A stretch of DNA of 64,000 nucleotides. Origin: Pelomyxa schiedti (Eukaryota > Protista > Evosea). The stretch covers positions 99,913 through 163,912 of the forward strand of contig JAHLWZ010000795.1 of assembly GCA_020536535.1 (NCBI GenBank), written 5' to 3'. Below, piece after piece: positions 50,253-62,390 of the stretch (within the stretch, counting starts at the first letter, position 1; the number at the start of each line of letters is the position of its first letter). The position numbers were made by a program, and so were the translations under genes. Under the pieces are notes generated by a model, which saw only the letters and a program-made list of their open reading frames with translations, was not told the DNA's origin and searched no databases.

Positions 50253-52630
50253 ATGAACTACTGCGGGACCTTCAGGCACCTCGGTGAGCAGGATCAGCTG
50301 CGGATCTTGTCGTCTTTGTTGCTGCACAACGCGTTAACGAGAATAAACGGCACTCACGACAAGACCTTGGAGTGGGGAACGTGGGACCGGCACCCTGGCC
50401 AAGATCCCATGCTCGGCGGCGCCTCTGCTGTGGAAGTTGCACTACGTTACCAGAGATCTTCTCCGCGCCATTGCCAGGACGCCTATCTGTGTGTACTTCG
50501 TTCGTTCGTGGTCAGTTATACTGCGGTGAAAACCGCCGATAACATACAAGTAAATATTTTGTGTATTTGTAATAGTAGTATACTGTATTATTATGGGTTT
50601 GAGGAAAGGCGAATTTTAATACATCTATTTCTTTGTGCTTCTTCTTCTTCTTCTTTTTTTTTTTTTTTCCCCCCCAGTGTTACGTTCTCATTCCCTTTAG
50701 GCAATCGCTAATGGGAACTGTTGGGCTATTGGGCATAAAAAAGAGTGGTGTCTCTGACATGGAAGTATTGGCTGAAGTACTTCAGAGCAGTCGAGTGTTT
50801 TCATGGCCATGTATGAATCCCATTACGATCACGTGGCAATCTGCCCGCGCTCTGCGATGCATTCTCCCTCTTCCCTCAACTGGCAGCCCTCTTTGCAGGG
50901 TTCCAGTTATTGACGGCACCGTGAAAATGTCATTCTCATCAGAGGATGCAAGGGCAGAAAGGATGGATGCCTCCCGCGCAGAATCTGAACTGGCAGATCT
51001 TCTTATACACTTGAGTGGACTTTTCATAGGTGAGCTCACAGTGAGCATTACGTGCTGTCTAGTAACCCCAAGAGTGGCCTCCGCTCTGTCGGGGCATTTG
51101 TGGTCTTTGACAAATCTTGATCTCTCTGGATGTGACTTGAGTGTAGACGCTGCCAACTCCACGATAGCCGCACACGTTGCTTCGTCTGCCATGATACAAG
51201 TGTTCTCTGCCCAAGGATGTAACCTTTCTGAACGTGGTTTGGCCTACTACGCTGCTGTCATGGGAAAAGAACGTTCTGCTCTAGAACAGTTGAATTTTGA
51301 CCATAACCCCGCAATTGGAGATGACGGGGCCGAGTGCGTGGCCTGTGCCATTTCTTCTGTATCAGACAAGACTAAACTGAGAAGAATTTCACTACGACAA
51401 TGCGGTATTGGACAAAACGGCCTTTTGGCATTGGCAAAGAGTGTCCTGCACAACAGGAAAATTATCGTTATAGCCTGCAACAACTGTAACATTCCGAGAA
51501 AGAAGTTGACCAAGATTTTTTCGCCTCGCCCTGCACTACTGGCACCAGAAGATTCCGAAGTTAACATTTGCCTCCTTGGAGATGGTGGCATTGGAGCCAA
51601 GTCTTCGATGGTTATACGATTTCTAGAGGTAAAAACAAAATTGATCCAATTTCTTTCACATCTATTTTAGCGGCGATTCCCTACTGATTATGACCCAACT
51701 ATTGAGGATAGGTCTCAGTTTCCTTTACTTTTGCAACCGAAATGTTCATTTTTTTTCAGTTACCGACAAGAAATTGACCTAGATGGTGCTAGGACCGTCC
51801 TTAACATTTTAGATACAGGCATGAATCCTCGATTTTTGGGATATTAAATTAACCAACCAATTCCTTCGATTTGGATTACAGCCGGACAAGAGGAGTATGG
51901 CATAGTAACCACATCTTTCCTTAATACATCCATAGATTCCATGCTTTGAGAGAACAGTATGCTTCCTGTTGAAATCAAAATAATTAATCACGCTAGGTAT
52001 ATCTCAAAGGGAGAGGCTTTTGCTCTTGGGTTATTCTTCCTGTTCTTGCATTACGAGCTTCTTTAATTAATCACTGCACGTATAGATATGCTATTAATTC
52101 CAGTAACTCATTTGATGGACTGGAACAGTTGCATCACCTAATTCTGAGGGCGAAAGAAGGTCGTGACTACCCCAAAATTATAGTTGGTGGAAAAACAGAT
52201 CTGGAATCAGTAAGGGAAGTTCAATATACCGATGGAAAACAACTTGCACGGAAGGCTAACGGACCGTTTTATGAGGTACTCCTCTTTGGTTTGCACTTTT
52301 CCCGTGACGAGGAAGTCCACAGGAAAGTGCTCTTACAGGGCAAAATGTAGATGCAGTGTTCCACGAACTTGCCAGGCAAGCACTGTACCACCGCGACCAC
52401 AAGTTCTTTTGTGGATGCTCCCCCGGTATGTCACTGGGGAAGCCCAAGAGCAGCACAAAAAACCTGATTAGAAGGGTATCACTTCCCCATGTGGACCTGG
52501 TTGAAAGGGAAACCAGAGACAACTTCAATCCTAATAATGACCTTACTGGTATGCACCTATCCTATCTTACCTGATCCTCACTTTCCACATAATCACAAAA
52601 GACTGGAGACACATGGCCAACTCTGACTGA
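50253..52630 (+). CDS. Leucine-rich-repeat (RNI-like) protein fused to a Ras/Rap-type small GTPase domain
   Basis: LRRs LTNLDLSGCDL, LEQLNFDHNPAIGDDGAECVA and LRRISLRQCGIGQNG. GTPase ICLLGDGGIGAKSS, YDPTIEDSYRQ, LNILDTAGQEEFHALREQY, IIVGGKTDL and ESALTGQNVDAVF. Confidence 0.88.
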
Positions 52631-52826
52631 GAAAAATGACGAGGAACCTCCATCAGGACCACCTCAAATTCCGCATGACCAGAAAAAAAAAAAAGAAAGG
52701 AAGAAAACGAAACAAACAAATACTTCGGTTATTGCATCGAGCCATAGACACAACACACCAAAAGAGTGTCCTTAATTGAGAGGTAGATACAGTGAGACGT
52801 TGACACAAAGAGGTGAGTGAGTGAGG

Positions 52827-55800
52827 ATGAAGGGAGGCGGGTGGTTGTGGTCGTGGGTTTCGATGGGCCTGCTGCTGGGGGTGGTGTCCGTGGCGTGGAT
52901 GCCAATGGGGGCCCGCACCCCTGCGCTGTCGCGGGGGCCGTGGCGGGCACCACCGGCAGCACCGCCATCGTACGGGAATGGAATGCGCGGCGGGGGCGAT
53001 GGAGATGGAGATGGAGATGGGGCTGAGAGTGGCAACAATAGTAACAATAGCAACGTGGGGGAGCGGGCTGGCGGCGGCGGCGGCGAGAGGGGGGATTGTG
53101 GGACCACGACGGTGAATTCACGTGTTGTTGATTCTGGTGGGTAGTGTTATTGAGAAAATTGTGACTCGTCTTGTTTTGTTTTTGTTTTGTTTGCTGCTGT
53201 GGCTGGTTTGACGTTTTCATGGCAGAATATGTTGTTATGTTTAAGAGCTACATGACTGTATCCCAGCACATATCTATTCTTGAGTCTTATCTGGGCAGTG
53301 AGGGCTGGGAATTAATACCCAGAAATAACCCGGCATACATATTCCCTTCAGATTTTGCCCTGATCAAGGTTTTTTTTTTCCCCCTCCTTACATAACCCTC
53401 TGCCATCTGCTGTGATCTTATGGCAAATTGTTCCCTCTCCAAGGTTCGGAATTCTGGTTTACTCAAGCCCCTGTTGGATAGTAGGCAAGTTAGACACGTC
53501 ATTCCTCAGAGGATGTATACCCTGGATTTGAAGGAAGCATGCCCAACTGATGCAACCCCCATTAATTTCAATATGGCATACGAGGACACTATGGAAATTG
53601 CCACTTACGAGAGTCGAATTGGGGCTGGAAGGTACTCCTTTTTTCCCTAGTGGTTCATTGTTCTTAATAATGTGAAAGGCCACACACTGATTTCCCTGAT
53701 ATGAGTGACATCAACCTACTCTCTCAAAGAACACTCCTAGCCACAACACAAATCACAGACGCCTTTAACACCCGGGAGCTCTGGGACCTGGGGATTACAG
53801 GTGCGGGTATAAAAGTTGCTATTTTTGATACTGGTTTGGAAGAAGATCACCCACATTTCAAATTCGTTGAGTATGTGTTCTTATTTGGAGTGTTGAGTAA
53901 TGAAGCTCATAGGGAACGCACTAATTGGACTGATGAACCCCAGTTGGATGATGTCCTTGGGCATGGCACACTAGTTGCTGGAGTATCTATACCATTTCCC
54001 TCTTTAGTGGATCTCATAGTCTTTCTCACAAAGGTAATTGCTAGCCAAGATGAATGCTATGGATTTGCCCCAGATTCACACTTATACATCTTCCGAGTTT
54101 TCAACAAAAACAGAGGTTTGTTTTAGAAGGTTTTTGTTATTATTAATGTAATTTCATAATTTCAGTTTCATACACTTCCTGGTTCCTGGATGCATTTAAT
54201 TACGCAATGAAACGGCGGATCCACTTGTTGAATTTGAGTATTGGGGGCCCAGATTTTTCTGATATACCTTTTATTGAAAAAGTTTGGGAGATGAGTGCCA
54301 GTGGAATTGTAGTTGTATCCGCAATTGGAAATGACGGCCCGGCATTTGGGTAACAATGTTTCTCAAAAGCTTCCTCTTTTTTAACTTCAAACAGAACAGA
54401 TAACAACCCAGCAGACCAATATGACGTAATAGGAGTCGGGGGAATGGACTGGTCAGAACAACTTGCAAAATTCTCCTCAAGAGGTATGACTTTGTGGGAG
54501 ATACCTCAAGGTTATGGACGCATGAAACCAGATGTGGTTGCTTATGGTAAGAAAAGTAATGTTACATAAATCTTTGGTAACAGCAAAACCTTCCAGCCGA
54601 TCGAGTGGAGGGCTCAAAAATCAAAGGTGGTTGCCGTGTTATTTCTGGGACAAGTGTGGCTGCCCCTGTTGTTACTGGCATGCTTTCTCTTTTAGCAAGC
54701 TCACTGCTTAAAAACGGAAGTGAACAACATATTAACCCAGCAGCTATGAAACAAGTGACTTAATACCTTCGTTTCTATACTCTATCTTTACAATATGTAG
54801 GTATTACTCGAAAGTGGTGAACATATTTATGGATACAGTATATTCGAGCAGGGTTCTGGAAAAATCAATCTACACAAGTAGCACCCCCTCTTGTAGAAAA
54901 CCCTAACTCTCTGGGTAGTGCTTTTGAAAACACAAAAAAATTTCAACCTCACCTGAGTCTCTCACCAAGTGTGTTGGATTTAACAGACTGCCCTCTGATG
55001 TGGCCTTACTGTTCGCAACCAATGTAATAACCACTTTCCTTCAGAAGCAATAAGTTAATCCCTTTCAAACCAGGTATTATAGTGCCATGCCTGTGGTTGC
55101 AAATGTCACTATCCTGAACAGTAACAGGTCGAAAGATGGAAACCTTTCGATATTTTCTAATTTTTGTAGTGTTGTGGGATTTGTTAAAGAAACTGCCTGG
55201 CACCCCGGCATACATGGCGACCTTCTGGAGGTAAAGGATGTTTTCAGCAGAACCCCTTGCCTTAATCACCATACAGATTTCTGTTACCAATTCACTGGAT
55301 ATCTGGCCTTGGAGTGGCTGGCTTGGTATTCGGATGAGAGTAACACCTCTCGGTGCCACATATGAAGGCTCGGCTGAAGGTGTATTAACAGTAACTGTCA
55401 GTTCCCCAAGCCAAAATGTGAGTTCTTGGAGTGTGTAAAGTGGTGTCTAATTCATCCAGGGAAACACTGAGGAGAGGCATAGTGTGAATTTACCCATTAG
55501 AGTAAATATTATACCAACTCCTGCTCGACACACGCGAATTCTGTGGGATCAGTTCCACAGTCTACAATACCCCCTTGGCTTTTTCCCTCGCGATGTTATC
55601 AACAAAGTAGTGGTAGGGAAACATTCTTCTTGGTCTTTCTCCTTTCTTATTGAAAAAAAAGGCTGATCAATTTGACTGGAATGGCGATCACCCCCATACC
55701 AACTTCAATAAGCTTTACATGCACCTGCGAGATCTAAACTATTTTGTGGAAGTCTTATCTGAGCCGTTTACCTGTTTTGATGCTGAACAGTATGGGACAT

Positions 55801-57102
55801 TGTTAATCGTAGATCCGGAGGATGAATTCGCACCCGCGGAAGTTAATAAAATATACACGGTTCCTTCTTCTAGCCTTAACCCACATCATTTAATGCAACG
55901 CGCTAGGATGTAATGGAGCACAGATTATCTCTCATTGTATTTAGTGACTGGTTTAATCTTACTGCAATGGAAGCATTTAAGTTCCTTGATGGCAACACAA
56001 GAAGTTGGTGGACCCCAATTACGGGGTTTGTATAATTCATGCAACTTAGTCATGTCTCACCCTTTACAACAGAGGTGCGAATGTTCCTAGTATCAACAAT
56101 TTGTTGGAACCGTGGGGAATAGCCCTTGGATCCTCAGTGTTTGAAGGAAAATTCAACATACAAGACAAGACATCAATGGTACCACAAACACCAGTCGGAT
56201 GTAATTGTTATTGATCACTATCAGTTTTTATCTGGGAACAGCATTGCCAGATTTCCTTCAAAAGGGGCCCTTGTTACTGCCGCCCTATTGACAGATGTGG
56301 TGTCAGGGAAAAAGTGGTCAAACGTACCTGTATTGGGGGTGCTGAGAGTTCCACTTATCCAAGAACAACTTCAGTCATCAATGCCATCCTCATCACCAAT
56401 CATCGCGGTTTTTGGGGATTCAAGTTGCCTTGACACAGCGCTCAAACAGACGCCATCTTGTTTGTGGCTTCTCGAGGACTTGCTTAGGTTTTCCCTCCAC
56501 TACCCCTTTTTTAATCCCAACACAAAAACATTGAGAAACTAACTCCTTTGCAACCAGACTGGAAGTTGGCACAGAAACACCTGCAGAATTCATTCCTTCT
56601 GCAGTTGAGTTAACAGAGGCATACGAAGCGGGCGAATTACCAAGACGGCCTGAGCCTGATGCTCTCCCAAGTGTATCACACACGGTAGATAGAACACTTA
56701 TATGCAATTCCCATAAATGGGAGTCAAAACCTGGCGATTCCACACTGAGGATACAATTTCCGGTAAGGACCTCCAATCCAAACAAACCCTTTAATTTTCT
56801 TACACCAAAAAAAAAACCCAAGCAACGTTCCAGTGAGCTTTTTCCAGGAGGGTTTGACAGGCACACCAAATCACTTCGAGATACCTACGCGGTAGCTGAT
56901 GATATAGGTACAAATTTCCGCTTCTAATTGCATTTCTCCAAAAAGCTGAAAAAAAAATACTCGTTCCCCAGGTGAAGTAGAGTCAAGCCACCTCATCCTA
57001 TATATTCTACTATCAGGACTTGGGCTTGCATTTGTAGCCATGATTTATTTCAACCGGCGGACTAACTCCATAGACCTTGTGGAGGAGCTGGATGATGTAT
57101 AA
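52827..57102 (+). CDS. MBTPS1: Membrane-bound transcription factor site-1 protease (SKI-1/S1P, subtilisin S8)
   Basis: Prodomain [18 protein letters not shown]; autocleavage-type site RTLL; catalytic triad IFDTGL, LGHGT and [10 protein letters not shown]; [33 protein letters not shown] and [12 protein letters not shown]; C-terminal [22 protein letters not shown]. Confidence 0.96.
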
Positions 57103-57259
57103 TGTAAAAATAAACGCAACCGTAAATACCCACCTATCACTGCTCCCCAACATGAGAAAAAAAAATATTTTATTTTCGCCATCCCTTTTTGTAACCAACA
57201 AAAAAACCGACTTTCCAACAGCTGCGAAAACCAACGGAAAAACAAAAAGCAAAGAACCA

Positions 57260-59709
57260 ATGGCGGACTGGACCACAGAACTTACGTTCGTTGGTAACGA
57301 CGGTTTGAGATGCGGCCAGGTTTGTTTTGATGGTCTAGCCGAAAAAAAAGATCCTATTCTCTTGTCCTTTTTTTTTTTTGTAGGCAGGCAGAGACCTGCA
57401 TTTTGACCAACAAGAGCAGTGGCAGTATACTTTCATTGATTTGTTGTACAGGTAGAAGAGGAGAGGAATGGATGTGTAAAGTACCACTGTGTGGGTGCCA
57501 ATTGTACTTATAAGTCTTACGCAACTTGGGGTGGCAAGGATAACATATATTCCGTTGGCAGTGGAATGTGCCTAAGTGCACTTCATGCGGGTCTGGTAGA
57601 TCCAGTTGCAGTTAGTGTCCCTTCATTCTTTTGGAATACCAACGGTAACCCACTAACTGGGTGTAACAAGGGAGGGACCTATTATAGACGCAAAGCTGGA
57701 ATAAGCTCCGACTACCCCTCAGTAAATCGCCATGGAATCACATCAGAAGCGTGGGCAGGGTCTTATGAAGGATTCCAACTTCTTGCAACACCTGATTCCA
57801 CTCCTCTTACAACGGCTTCTTCTTCGACCACTGCAACATCTGCAGCTGTAAGTACAACTACCTCTTCAACTGTTGCTGCCGCCCCTCCCAAGGTTTACAA
57901 AACCTTTCGTTTCTTATTGTCACCTTACACAGATTGTGGATCCAGACGAAAAGTACAGATGCATGTTGTGTTCACATATAGCTGTCAGACCTGTTTCCTT
58001 ATCTACTTGCATTCATCCTACTTGCTATGAGTGTTTGGCGAAGTAATTCTCCTTCTCCCGACAGGAGAAACACTAAAACAAAAAGGTTAACTGAAACTAT
58101 GGTAAAATGCAAAACTTGTGGCAAAGTATCCCCACTAGATCTTGTGGAAAATGAGGCGTTATCCACGGCAATTACCTCTAAATTTGTCTGTTCCTATGAC
58201 TGCACCGCACCTGCCAATTGTGAGGTAAAAAGGCCTACTTGTCAAATATACTTCACTCACATCTCTACAAAGTGCAAAAATTGTGGGATGCCTTTCTGCT
58301 CCAATTGCTTCCGTACGGCCCACTCCATGGGAATGTACAAGTTACATGAAAAGTGTTTCCTGGGGGACACAAGCAAGGTCCACACTTATTGGTGCCTTTA
58401 TCTCCTCACATACGACAGATACTTGCTCCATTGTACTCTTCGCTTGCTATTGAATCGGAGAAAGTGGCACATATCTCGGCGGAAATTGGCTCGGCACTTG
58501 AGATAGTTGGCAAGTTACCTGCACAATTAGTAGCTGTACACAGGTATCTATCGACTTCAAAAGCAGTTAATTGAACTTCCCTCATAGTGAGTTCATGCAA
58601 TCTCTTGAAAAGGATTCTCTGTCTCTCCACGATTCTATTGAGTCTCGTAAAAAGTTACTTCTCAAGGTGATACATCACAGCCTCTTGATTAACTGTCTCA
58701 AATACCGATAAAAATAACATAGGAATGTGAAAAAGCTATTCAAGCCAAAGAAACATCAATACAATCACAAAGAGAGTCTCTTCAACAGAAACTCGCAGAG
58801 GTGGAACAACTACAGCAAGTGTGTTTTATAGTTCTTTCTGCGGCAAATCTGACTTGATGGAAGGTCATACAAACGTCATTGGACTCTCGTTCACCTGTCC
58901 TTGTGGTATCAGCACTAGCTGCAGCACAGTCATTTGTGGCACAACCACCTCCCACAGGTCCTTGTGTAACAGTATGCCACCAGGATTCATCCATCCTTCC
59001 TTATTAGCCCCCAAGGTCTCAAAGTTTTCGGTTTCCGATGAAACTTCAGCAATTCTTGGCCAAATTCAAATGTGGGGGAAAATTGACAACCAGGTATCCC
59101 TTCAAATATATGGTGCATTGCGTACTCATGGTTTCAGGTGATCCTTGGTGAAGGTGTTGTTTCCGCAGCAGGAATAAAATGGGAATTGGTTCTCAGCACC
59201 AAATATCCGCCATCAACATCGTACCCCGGAATACTCAACACATACGAGAGTCTGCAAACACGGGATACAAGCACAGGTTTGCTCTAATTTCAGCACTATC
59301 ACCCTCAAGAATTTCTCTTAATTTGAATTCCAGGAGCTGCAACTGACTACAAAGTTGACTCGAACATAATGGCCGTTTTCCCACGTGCAGTTCTCGTAAA
59401 ATCTGTAGATATAGGACCCTTCCTTCCTGGTGAAAATCTCCCTCCCCAAAAGCCACACTACAACCAAAAAACACAAACCAAACCAAACCAAACCAAACAG
59501 GATGGGGAGCGTGCTACACAAACGGCTGCAGATTCCAAGTTGAGAATCCAGGCACCAACCAATGGGAGAACCTAATTACAATTTCGGGACTGGACCAGGC
59601 AATAGTCACATTCGCTCTGCCCAAGCCCACCGTCGGCCGGAGATTCAGGCTTTTTGCACCAACTGCTGGAACCCACTGGATTGCTGCCTCATGCATTATC
59701 TTCTCTTAA
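57260..59709 (+). CDS. LCCL - RING - B-box - coiled-coil (TRIM-like) protein with C-terminal beta-sandwich-like domain
   Basis: LCCL: TWGGKDNIYSVGSGMCLSALHAG..GGTY..YPSVNRHGITSEAW. Spliced RING CMLC..CIHPTCYEC..CKTC. B-box CSYDC..CKNC..FCSNCFRTAH..H. Helical exons follow, then a terminal exon WGACYTNGCRFQVE...RRFRL...IIFS*. Confidence 0.82.
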
Positions 59710-59843
59710 AATCGATGAGTTCCTAGCCTGTGTTTTGCTCATAATTGTTAAAAAGGCCCACGCTTCAAAGAAGGAACTAGTGCTTTGAAACTTCTTTTTC
59801 TTTCCTTCATTTTGTATGAATCATAGGGGCCAATGGTGTGATA

Positions 59844-62390
59844 TTAGAGTAATTGGATGCCATAAAGACCAAGATAGGACTCCACCTGGAGTGGAATTTC
59901 GGCCAAGAGCTCTGCACGAAGGCGCTTCTTCTTGAGTTTTCCCTCAACTACACACTCATCAAACTTTACAAACTGTGGGTATGTCAGTGATCAAAAATGG
60001 GATCAAAGGGGAAAGAAAACCCACCTGAACAATATCACGGGCGGCCTTCACTCTTTTGCCATCTGTCTCGATTACAGGAGAAGAGGAATCCGCATCGAGT
60101 CTGGAAAGGTTCTCAAAAGGGGAGCTGCCAACTCCCACAAGTACGATCGATATCGGGAGTGCACTTGCTCGAATAATCGCTCTGTGGGTGGCTGGATTGG
60201 TGATTGTTTGTGGGGTCAGTACTTTGATAGTGAAAATAGGTACAAGAGACTGCACACCGGTAATGCGGAACCCATCTCCATCAATAAAGAAGCATAGAGC
60301 CATGTACTCAGGTGGCAGCTGGTTTAGGGGTACCTTTTCCAGATTTTTTTCCATAATATCACATGCATGGTTGATAACCTGTTGTAATTAATTTTATGCG
60401 CAAATAAGTTGCAGAGGATTGGGAAAACAACTTGATAGAAATCATCGACCATGTAGCGGTGTTCCTCTGCTCTCCATTCCATGTCCCCTCCGCGGGCAGA
60501 GCCCATTGAACCGAGTTTGACATTGGGACGGGCCTTGTGGTATGCCTTCAGAACACCCTTTATACCTTTTTTGCACTCTCCATCTGCTTTACCCATCTCA
60601 AAGAAGGGTGGGAACTCGTTGTGATAATAACCACCATATCCATACCTGCAATATTTTCAGTATTAGAGAAGAGGAAATGAGGACTACAAATGGAAAATAT
60701 TGTCCGACGTGTAGGACTTCAACACCTTGCCAACAGCACTTATACAAATTTCATACTAGATTGTAAAGGGAAGATAAAACGATTAGAAACAGTACAAAAA
60801 TAATCTTTGCCTTACCGGATTTGGGTTCACTCCAATGTCATGCATACCATGGTTTGAGGATGTCAGATCCAAAACCATCCAGGGTATAATTTTCATTCCG
60901 TACCCCAGAGCTTGTAGAAACGTGGAAGTTGGGAGTATCATGGGGTAACTTGGATCAGAGTTTGTCAGTATTGGATGAGTGATCATGGGTTGAACCCCCG
61001 CTGCCATAAGGCGTCTATGTATTATAGTCTTGGAAACCACAACCTTTACCTGCAGATTTGTTGGTTTTTTCGTGGGCTTTACAGCGACATAGTAAGTAAA
61101 CACACTGTTCCAGCTGAGGATGAGCCCCGCTTAGGGTGCTGGACGACGACAACTTTTTCCATATGTCCTCCTGGTTCAAGATTGTTGCAGTCAGTTATGG
61201 CGAAAGGGAAGGGAGCCGTTCCAAGAGGGTCATCCTTAAGAGTATCATGATCAAAAAGCTGGATAATACCACCAGCTTTTGAAAATTAGTTTCTTGATTA
61301 TTAGTCAGATCCACAGTACCTTCAGATCCAGGAAGCACTTCAAAAGGCTTCCAAACCGGATTCAAACTCTTTTTTATATACTTGCTTTTTAGTATCACAG
61401 TACCAGCAGAGTTTTTCCAAACTGAATAGGTCACATATGTTGTCCAGAAAATTACACTACACACTAAAGTAGGGGTCTGAGGTCCCTCCAAAGTCGGCCG
61501 CAATTAAATCTTGTGGGAAAGGTAATAAACCACAGGAAAACGAAACTTACCCACCTTCAGCACTTAGTTGGACAATAATTTTGCTCTGAATTTGCCTATG
61601 ACATGATAAGTAGGTACCAACCAAAACACTTGGTACCATTGAGGCATACGATAGTCATCCTTGATGGCTCTCATATCCAGAGGGCTGATGTAAGAAGTAG
61701 GTAGTGGAACGCGCTTGGTTGGATCCACTGCAGTAACAAGAAGTTGCCCAGGGGCCTCTGGTGGGCACTGCTTTATCATGATGACCTTGCCTGATGGTTT
61801 TGTAAACGGCACCAGTGGAAGGGGTCCATCAATGTGCTTTTAAAAGTCAAAGTGAGATGTACCATAAAGTAAAACACAACACCACACTATATATACCAAA
61901 GGAAAAAAGATACAACCTATGAGAGAAAGTAAAAACAAAAACAAACTTGGTGCAGCTTCAAAAACTGAGGAGGAACGCCAGGTCGGCTCTGAACGGCAGC
62001 CAACTTGACCAACTTGCCCAGCTTTATCTTTGTTTCCCAGAAGGGCGGGCACGACGGCGGCGGGTGCTCGAAAACCACGCACAGAATCAGCTTCTGTGCC
62101 GTTTCGAACGCGTACTGCGTAGGAACGGGAACTGCGAACCTCATGAATCTGGCCGCGTCGGGCGCAGATGGAGGTGGTGGCGGAAGTGCATTCCACTCGG
62201 TTCGCCGAGTTTAAATGGCGGCCCTGGCGGGTTTTCCTTGCCAGCGGCGTAAACCACCACCTGAGGAATTAATTTAATGGAAGGGGAGTTCAGGAAATAT
62301 ACGATGGCAGCGGTTTTTTTTCGATCAAACCTGGCAACGTTGGAAGATATCGCAGGTGCAAAAGAACAAGTGCAACGGCACAGCCGGCAT
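59844..62390 (-). CDS. Copine-like protein (C2-C2-VWA), divergent, with one apparent frameshift
   Basis: C2A YAFETAQKL; C2B SDPYFSV..KSKYIKKSLNPVWKPF; VWA FLQAL..LDLTSSN, GIKGVLKAY, AIIRASALPISIVLVGVG..FENLSRLDAD, AARDIVQ|FV and LAEIPLQV. Confidence 0.88.

Noticed and set aside
50253-52630. Roco/LRRK assignment for the LRR-GTPase gene
   Set aside because: The GTPase has Ras-type YDPTIEDSY and DTAGQ motifs, and no COR or kinase domain follows.
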